A DNA stretch of 64,000 nucleotides from Thalia democratica (Eukaryota), in NCBI GenBank assembly GCA_965202585.1, contig OZ241829.1, forward strand, positions 4,154,001-4,218,000, given 5' to 3'. The translations under genes and the position numbers were made by a program. The first letter of the stretch is position 1. Every line of letters starts with the position of its first letter. The notes below the pieces were generated by a model that was not told the DNA's origin, ran no database searches, and saw only the letters and a program-made list of their open reading frames with translations. Below, in pieces: positions 54,392 to 64,000 of this stretch.

Positions 54392-57300
54392 TAGTACTGT
54401 ATTTCAACCACTATATTCATATTTTGTAAATATTTAGAATAGACTTTAAAAGTTTCTTTATCTTAGATTTTATTAAACGATTATGAAAGCTGTGATGTGT
54501 GATAAAACAACTTTGTAGATTTTATAAATTTAGTGATAATTCTTTTTTCTATAAACTTTATTATTAATACATGTTTCAAATTATACACCAAAAATTATGA
54601 TAATTAAACGAACTAAATTATTCATAGAAGCTATATTGGTATAATTAGTACAAATATAAAAATCATTTGTAAGTGTTAATTATTTTAAGATGTCGAATTT
54701 ACTTAGTAGTATTTAAAACTTGTTTTAGTAGATGTTGTTAAAAAATATTATTTTCTTAAACTATTACCTATTTCTTGTATATTTATATATATATGAGCTT
54801 ATTGAATGTTTTGTTGCTTAGAAATCAATTAAATTTTATATTTTTATAATCAAAAATCTATTATTAATATGATCAAATTTTTTTTTTATTGTTTCTACCT
54901 TAAATTATTTGTAGCAACTTTGAAATCTACCCAAAAATTACTTTTTGCAGTTTTAAAACAAATGCTAAAAGCTAACTGCAAAAAAAAGAATAAAATAAGT
55001 TTTCAACATTTGAAGTATTTTATTAATTTACAAATGTTGTATTTTATAAACAATAAAAAAGGTAAATAAAACTACAGTTAAACACTGTTAACAGATAAAT
55101 AATTTGCAGTAATCATACATAAGCGTACCTAAATTATATAATCTAGTGTTGTTAATTTTATTCCCAGACAAGTCTAGATAATTGTTTGCTCTTAGATTTA
55201 AATATCAAATGAAAAAAATATTTATTGTATGTAAGTAAAACTTTAAGTTCATAAATTTTTTTTTGGTTCACTAATAACTTACATTTTCTTCAAACATTTT
55301 GTTTAGAAATGTAAGTGTATAAGAAAATATTTGTTTAACAACATAAAAACTTAAACTAAATAGTTAGTTTTGCACTGTATACTTTTTTTTTGTATATTGA
55401 ATACAAATAAACAGATTAATACGTTTATATTTTCAAAAAATTTGTAGCACAGCATACTAAATGTTAAAGACCTTTTTAACTTAGCTAAAAGAAACTTTTC
55501 AAATAAATTTTTTGACCAAAAAGATTATAGGTTAATAAATAAATTTTTTACTAGCTATTTTTTGATTAAGTGTAGAAAAAATGTTTATTTTTTTATTCTA
55601 AAATTATTAAATAAGTTATAAAGATAGAAAAATTTTAAAGAATTTTTTTGTCTTAACTTTACTTAAAATTTTAATTTTTTATACATGAATCAAGCATAAA
55701 ACTAAAAACGCATTTAAAAATGATAGTTATTAAATATAGCCCAGTGCTTTTTATAGAAAAACTTAAATTTTTGTTGTTTATGTGGTTAATAGATCAAAAA
55801 ATTACTATTTAACTTAAAACCTGTTTTTTGCTAAGTAGTCTGGTACTAACTTCATAATTATTTTCATTTAGTGGTTAGAAAATTAAACCGATCAATTACT
55901 AAGTATTAGGTTTAACTTATTTACTAATTAACTTTTTAACCTTTGTCTGCTTAGCTTCCGATTTATTATTCGTGTTTTTAAGTACACAAACTAGTCTGAT
56001 AGATAATACTCTTAGTATAATCAAAACTATATTCTAATACCTTAATTTTTTTTATGAATGTCCGTTGATTGTAAGACCTTTTTTTGACTCATTGAATTTA
56101 TCAGATAAATGTTCTTGTATAAAACTGCAGGTTTTCAAAGCCAAATAAGAAAGTGATTTTAATAATTCATATACGAAAACTACCAAATTTACTAAACATT
56201 AGGATTTTTTAGACATTTATTAAAGATTATGATTAAACAATAAACTGATATAAACTATTTAAGTTCAGGTACACTTAATGTACAACAATTTTAGTTTTTA
56301 GAAAAAAAACATCTTAAAATGTTTTCCTATGTTCTACAATCCACTTTTTCAACCATATAAAAAGGTTAACTGCCTCTGATTTTAAGAATAATAATACATT
56401 CTTAACTTATGACGCTGCTATTTTAGCACAACCTTACGTATTTTTAGTGAGAACTCTGTTTTAGATTATTAATTATTAAGTAAGTTAATTAAGTTATATT
56501 TTGATACATTTTAACGGAATTCTTTTTACACTCTTCTTATATTAAAAGCTTAAACATTTAGTTTTGGAAAATATTCTAAAACTATATTTTTTTGAGAGTT
56601 TTTGATAGATAACTCTGATGAAAGTATTTGCTATTTATTTAACGATTAATCAGTAATTTTTTGTACAATATATAAAAAAGAACATTTAAATACTTATATT
56701 GTAGTGAAAATTACTAGTTTATATGTTTATTTTTATATAAAAAGTAAGAAAAAAAACTAAGTTTTTAAAGTAAGCCTTTAGATCTTTGTTTTTATGGGTT
56801 CTATAAATGGTATCGTAATATGTATCAAGCCGTAAGTATTTTATCAAAATCCGTTAGACTACTAAAACATTTACAACCAGTACTTTTAAAACCTTTGTTA
56901 AACACTATTTATTTTGGTAAGTAACTACTTATTAAACATTCGCTGAAGTAAATGCAACAACATATCCGTATAATTATATTATATTTGAAACTAATGACTC
57001 AAAACTACTGCTTGGAAATAAATATTTTCGAGTAGTGATGAAGACCATAAACAATAGCAAACTAGTGTTTACCAGTTTATCAACTACGGCTATTATCAGT
57101 TTTCAATAGACTAAAAGAAGTGTATATATGCATTTACATTCAACAAGTTTTATATTGGTGAGAAATTTGATTATGTTAATTATTATTTGGTTTTTAACGT
57201 TTATTGATTTTTAGATATTCCTTTTGTAGTTTTGACATTAAGTTTCTAACAGTTATTTAAAAAAATGTAAACAGCAGACTTTCAAGATGAATAAGTTAAA

Positions 57301-57884
57301 TTGTTTTCTTTAAAAAACCAAAAAAGTTTATAAATGTTTTCATTTGCAAAAGTTTTGCTTTTAAGAAAAAACAAATTTTAAATTTGATTTTAATGAAGAC
57401 TGTGGGAAAGCAAAAAGGAACTATAACCGAAAGCTTTAAATATCACTTTAACTCAAGATACATAAGATATTAAAAAAATATTACTTGGTGTTTTGTGTAA
57501 AACTAAAAACTAATTTAGTTTAGTTCAAAATACCAAATGGAGTTTGTCTAAACATTTAATCAATTATATATATTTAATATAAAAAATAAATATAAACAAA
57601 AAATTAGTTTACAGCTTATGTGTTACTAAAATATTTACAAAAATTTGTTTATCTTATTTGTTGTAAAGATATTCGTTATCATCACATATTTTGTTAATAC
57701 TGATGTAAACTTATTGCACTTTTTAAACACTATGATATACTTTGAAATAATTGAAGCAGATAAAATGTTCCAATTATGTCATTGGTAGATTCGTATCGAT
57801 AAATTTAACCTTAAAACCCTATTTCAAATCATTTCTTATTTCAAATCATTTCTCGTTACACATTGTTATACATTACAGAAATAT

Positions 57885-60800
57885 TAATCTTTGTTTAGTG
57901 CCGAAAATACAATTTCAAGAATGCAAGTAATTTCTAAAAATTGTTGTTTTCACGTTATAAAATAATTTCACGTTTAAATTAGTTTGAAAAAGTTTAATTT
58001 CACCTTATTTCATAAGTTTTAAAGTTTCAACAGACTTGAGTATTTACATATAAAAAAGTATGCAAGTTTTAATCAATTTTGAAATACAACATTTTCACAA
58101 TTTAAGAAAATTCATGTTTCGAACTTTTTGAGACAATTTTATTTTACTTATTTCTAAAAAATATAGTTTCATTATTGTTCTTGAATTTCTACGCTTAGAA
58201 AAAAAAATCACTTTAACTATACAGTGGTAATAAAATTTAAAGACCGTTTAATAGCTTAAAGCTTGAATATATACAATTAGCAACACTTTAAAGTATTTAT
58301 TAACCTTTTAAAAGTTTCAAACCAATCTAGTTTATTTTGATCGTTAAAAGAATCATTAACTTTAACAGCCAGCCCATTATGCAGACTCCGGCACGCTCCA
58401 AAACCAACAAAAAACATTTTCTCATCAATCCGCATAATTACCGTCAATTATGACGTCACTAACGAGACTCGATAGCGGAAATGAGGTTTTCGATTTTTTT
58501 TTACCAACTTGTGCGTAGCAACGAGCCAATAATCGCATCGCAGGTAATCGGTTGCCATGACAACGGTTTTGTGGGAGCCAGTGGTTGAATCGGATTAACT
58601 CGGATGCTGATTGACGGATAGTGAGTTGTTGGCGGATAACTGAAGAATTGTTTGTTCTGTTGCCTTTTTGCGGTTTTGATGTTTCTTGTTTTCTTAAAAT
58701 AGAGAATTGTATTCTTTTTAAAGATGATTTTTAATACATTTCTTTATGTTAATGTTTTCTTTACTTGTCTTTTTAGTTGTGATAAAGAATTTAATATACG
58801 ATGTAACAAACAAATCTCTTTAAGTTTTCAAACAGTTAATAAATATTTTCTTTGATTGTTAAAACTGTTTATGGTTAAAATTTGTTCTCTTCAAACTTAA
58901 AAAAAAATGGTAAAAATTATAAAGTTTACAGTTTACATTATTTTAATAACGTTTTTTTTTAAACAGCTTGATTTTAATAGCTTAAAATTTAAACTAAAAA
59001 AATTTAGCATATATACTACAAAAATAAACACTTTTATGAACATTGAAAACAAAACCTTTCAATTTGATTTCTTTAAAAATAAAAAAATAAATAAAGTTAT
59101 ACTTGTTTAATAAACGGTAAAAACCTTACTGCTATTTCTAAAGTTTATTTGTTTTTAATAAACGTTTCTGTATACTAAAAGTTTCTTTTTTTAATATATG
59201 ATAATAATAACACTTAATTAAAATTTTAAACACTTCAAACTTAAATTTGAAAATATTGATAATTATCATAAAACTTGGAAAGTTGTTGTTCTAAGTACAA
59301 TGTATTTATTTACTTACACAACTTTGCACTTTTATATGTAAAGGTCAATAAAGTAGATAAATTACACATATGTTAGAGTGAGCAACTTTACTGTAAATAG
59401 CACAGATGATAGACACAGGTGGCAAACGTTTAAATTTGAAGAGGTAAAGTAATTCTTTTATTACAGTGAAAATTTAATAAATAAGCGATAGTAGTTTAAA
59501 TTGGTAAAAATATTTGAATATCACATTTGTTCATGTTTAAAAAGTTTTCTTTAAAAGTGTTATTTGGTTTAAAAGCAAAAGGTCAAACTTTATGCAAATC
59601 TTTTTATTTACCTGATTTTTATCAACATTTAAACAAAATACCATAAATAGTAATCTATGTGCTATAATTTTGTTAATTAAAAAAGTTGATCTGTATACTT
59701 ACCTTATAAAAGTTTTAATAAGTTGAATAACCAATCTGTTTTGTTAATAAAAATTATAAAACTGATTTATTTTTATTACGTTAAAGTAAAATGATTTACT
59801 TATCAACAAATATACTCAACTAATTGGAAAAAATAAACAAATAGTCAGGTAAAACCTAAATTACGACATAATTAGTTATAAGAAAAATTAGCAACTGTTT
59901 TTAATACTATTTAGTAGTTTAAAGACTGAAAGATTAATCAAAAAAACTTAATTATAGTTTGTCAAGCAATATTTTAGTTTCAAATTCCGTTCTTTATCGT
60001 TTTAAAGTCTGTCTTTACTTACAGCAATTTTTGTTGATGAGTAATTCAACTTCCTATTAAGAAGTTTTACTGCTTGATTTTAGCTCGAGGGTTAAACAGT
60101 GTGTGATTAATTTACATAACAGACTAAAGTACCTGAAAATATTGTCATGTCTGTAGTAATAACAAAATATTTGAGAAGCCAAAACGTTCAAGTCGTGTTT
60201 TACAAAGTTTTTACAGCAGTATTTGAACATTTTAAAATCCTTGATTGTATTTTTAGTCGTATTTAGCAGTTTACATAACTTTTGACTTAAGAAGTAATAT
60301 TATCAATTGTGTGTTGAGAAAGAAAATAAATATTTTGTTATACGTTGACTTTTTATATTATCGAGTTGTTTTGAAGATGTTTTACATACTCTGGTCTTTA
60401 AATAATCAAAGTTTTAAACACTTAATGTATGAGTTCGCTATTAAGTTAGTAAAACTTAAATTTAGATTTTTAGTTTTACTCTTTTTCACTTAATTAATAA
60501 AGGTCAAAAAAAATTTAAAGTTCTTTTCACACTTCTAAAGTAATAGCAAATAATTTTATTTGAAAGTTAGTTATTTGTTAGTTTTACAACTGTAACTTAG
60601 AATAATCTTCAACAGTTGAAATGATAGTAACTGAAAAACGTCATTGAAAGCATGACAACTTAAGTGAGTCAAACCGAATGAAGTGTTTGTATGATGTAAT
60701 ATAAAATGCTGTCATACAGAATACTTGAATGTTGTGTTTGTAGCTCAATTGACTGACTTGATACAATTACTTTGTACTTTTTTAATTTAACTTATAAGTT

Positions 60801-63800
60801 GTTTCAAATTTTCTGAGTTTTAGTAGATGAGTTATTATTTTTTATTTTTATAAAATGCACTAATTTTATGCCATTAAAGAGTTTTAGGACAAATATAGTT
60901 AACAAATTTAAAATAAATATATTATATTTTATATGTAGCTTGTTTTAACAGCAATGTGGTATAAACCTATATCAATAAAAATATGGTACTTTAATTGAAA
61001 ACAAAGATATTTGTTTATTCTAACTTTTTTACATTTATACACTCCAAATCTTATATAAATCTTTAAGTCACAAATTCTCAAGTGAAATAGATTCGATCAA
61101 AATTATTTTTTAATTTATTTTTGTTAAATGTTTGTTAAATTAAAGTACAAGTTTATTACTTTATTGTTGCATCAAGTTTATTATTTAATTAAAAATTAAC
61201 TTATACGTGTAAATAGAGTAAGAACAATTTATCTTTTTTTTATTAACAATATCTTTTTTTGTTATTTAAATGTCATTATTAAAATCATAATAAACTACAA
61301 AAGTACTACATTATTACACGCGGTAGATGCTTAAGAATGTTGCTGACATGAACAAGTTATCAGCATTTTATATCAGCTACAATTAATTGCTTACATCTGT
61401 TGCTGTTTTAACGTTCGGCTTCAAGTGACAGCAAAAACATAAATCAACATAATCCAATAAAACTGCTTGAATAATCCAAACTTCAAAAGTTATATGAAAT
61501 TTGATGCTAATTTTAATTTGATGTTTAGATTACCTATAAAAACAAATTCATTCGTTCAAAAAAAAATTCAACATTATTAAGATTGTCGGCTATTGAAATC
61601 TTACTAAAAGATTCTTTTTTTAATTAATATGTTTTGAAAAAAAATATAATTTATATTATCAAAATTCTACATACTTGTATGAACCTTATACATTATAACT
61701 TGTTTAAGTTTTATATTACGTAAAAACCTAGGTTGTCAGTTTAACCATATCTGACAGTTAGTAAACTTTACAATGATGTATCATAAACTGATAAATCAAC
61801 AACACTGAAGTTCATGCTTTTTTATTAATTATGTTTGTCAGTTTATCTTGTATTTTTGCTCGGTTAAAAATTTACATTACCAATATGAAAAGGCATAACT
61901 AATAACTGGTAACAAATTGTTCTTATTACAAACAGTGTAGCAGTTTGAAAGTTGTAATATTAATAACAATAAGTTTAAATCATGTTTCGCTTCAAACTGT
62001 CTTGTAAAACAGTACAGTATTATGTTTTGTGTTAAACTTTTACAGTATCTGTTTATACTATGAGATTTTGTTTCAATTCTAAAACTTTTAAAAATTAACT
62101 GAAATTTTTACGTTGCGTATTAAGCTTTCGTTGACTTTAGATTTTACTAAACATAATTATTGGTTCTCTTAAAAATAAAAAAAGCTACAAACTATTAAAA
62201 ATTTAAAGGTTTAATTGGAATTACTATTAACGATTACAAAGCCAAACATACTTTAATTACCTTCCTGGTTTATACATTTAAGTATAAAATAAAAAGTAAA
62301 AAGAAGTAAAAACAACAATTCATAAAAATTAAGCTTTTTCTCATTCAATTTATTATCACTTTTCAGTTTTTCAGCTAATTTACAAAAAGGTCACCTAATT
62401 TGATCGATGACCCAACAGTTCAGTTTACAAGTTAAGCGGAGCATTTCGACATTAAAACTTTTCTCAATTTTATTGGCGAAACTTCACTAACGCGCTTTAT
62501 TAATTTGCAAGCTGATGTGATTTGATCGGATTATCTTGCTTGCTAACCGATTCAACGGTCGGTAGTAACAACAAGCAGAATTTTAGTAGAAACATTATTA
62601 GTAACACAAGGATTTGTCGACACAACAAATTTCAGTAGACACAGTGATCGGTATCAGTAAAAATTTTTAGTTTGTGTGTTCCATGAGAGTGTAATCATGT
62701 TGACGGACAGCAGAATTACGCGCCTCTCTCACATTCTGAAGCTGTTCTCTCGTATTTAGTTATCTCGTTTTTCAACTCTCTCATTATTTTTTAATTGCTT
62801 TTTTTTATGTTTACGGCTTTTTACGGTCCATCAGTCCCGAGGTCTTAATGGACTTTTTGCAGCTTGGCAACAAAAAACTACTCCCATATAATTTTCTTTG
62901 GCATTGATATAATTTGATATAATTTCTAGCTCTTGTTTCTTTAGTTGTTTTGTTCAACGGTTACTTCTGGACAGTAAATAGCAAAGTGTTTTTGAATAAA
63001 AGACTAAAACGTATTTTCGAAGTAAAATAAACATATTTTGGTAGTGTTTTAGAAAATAAACTTTTATATGTAAACTTTTTTACTTTTAAACTTTCTAAAA
63101 ACTAAAAATAATTGTTGAAATACTATATACCAGTTATTTCAAAACTCTCAAGTTTTACATTGTAAATGTGAGACGTCTTTGTTGAGAACAAACTACACAT
63201 GATTTATTGCAATTATTTATAAAATCTTTGATTGGTTGTCTAATTATAAAATGATTTGGGAAACATACTACTAGAAAACTAAACTAAGCTTTTATGGATG
63301 ACTGCTTTTCAAAATTGGAATATTTAGCTAAAGAAAAAAGTTAAAATACTTTTTTTAGAAACAAAATTGTGCAACAACTATTTATTAGTTCTTAAAGAAA
63401 ACTTACTATTGTTGTCTTCTTAAAATTTAAATAAATATAAAATTGTACAAACATAAAACATAATATAATTCTTTGTATGTTAAAGCTAAAATTGCTTTTG
63501 TTGTTTCGAATAAAGATTGTATCTATTTTAAATATAAATAACATTTTTATTAAAACACAAAAAGTCATCGTGGGCTTTTATCTACTTGGTACTGAAGCTA
63601 GAAAATCTGAAGATAAAATTTTAATTCTGTAGGGTTGTTTGTACGATAAGGAAATTTGCAGTTATGAGTCACTTTAAACTGCGTGATGGTTTTTGTTTAT
63701 TTGAATGAAATTATGTAAGATTAAATAAAATAATGAAATTTCAAATTTGTTTGACACTCGCTGATTTGGCATGAAATTTTACATATTCTGTGCAAAAATT

Positions 63801-64000
63801 CACAGTATAAAGTTAGTTTGAAGCTACTGTGTATATATACACATTTATATATTTTTTTTATAAAAAAAATAGGTTTATACGACCATTTTGTTTATGTAAT
63901 ATATTACCTCATATACTCCTAATTTAAACTAAAACTTATTAACAATGTTTAAATGAATTTTAGAATTTGCAAATTTTGTAAGTATATGACGTAGTATTAA
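57885..64000. repeat. Segmental duplication copy C (partial, runs off the window)
   Basis: Begins at the equivalent of A about 29025; window end equals A about 35239; anchors 58551 (A 29694) and 62701 (A 33916). Confidence 0.93.
58365..58675. promoter_or_regulatory. Conserved cis-regulatory module, copy C
   Basis: TGACGTCA at 58451, X-box at 58551-58564; CCAAT and GGATTA intact. Confidence 0.55.

Larger units (their letters stand above)
45360..57880. repeat. Segmental duplication copy B (about 12.5 kb)
   Basis: Same order and orientation as A; lacks A segments of about 34250-35550 and 37066-39627. Confidence 0.93.

Noticed and set aside
37139-60493. Remaining short ORFs in the right half (37139, 42967, 51785, 54869, 58907, 60311)
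   Set aside because: They are F/K/I/L/N-rich products of AT-rich DNA and are not conserved between duplicate copies; no transposase or reverse-transcriptase motifs were seen.
62805-62860. Hammerhead-like CTGATG core on the minus strand
   Set aside because: It reads CTGATGG rather than CTGANGA and lacks a properly placed GAAA and stems.

Overview
AT-rich animal genomic DNA, probably an invertebrate chordate such as a tunicate. This is inferred from the chordate-type HGPEAHVTK after zinc finger 5, the compact AT-rich introns and frequent TGACGTCA/GTTGCCATGG motifs. The left 27.5 kb holds one complete minus-strand Gli/Cubitus interruptus Hedgehog effector gene. I assembled it by hand into 23 coding exons (ATG 27546, stop 1705, 4437 nt, about 1478 aa); all introns are GT-AG and all phases agree. 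It encodes the N-terminal KR-LSISP block, five C2H2 fingers, a PKA-site cluster and a C-terminal acidic helix. Oddities inside the gene: a 35-bp unit spanning the exon 8 end and its splice donor is repeated 10 times; the Sufu-binding SYGHL motif reads SYSRL; degenerate echoes of exon ends lie in downstream introns; and CRE and RFX X-box motifs are dense in both exons and introns. The right 36 kb has no convincing protein-coding gene. It is a head-to-tail triplication of the Gli upstream region: copy A about 28530-45360, B about 45360-57880, and partial C from about 57885 to the window end. Spacers have diverged, islands are strongly conserved, relatedness between copies is patchwork, and a palindromic MITE-like element is present only in copy A. 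All alignments and identities were judged by eye.
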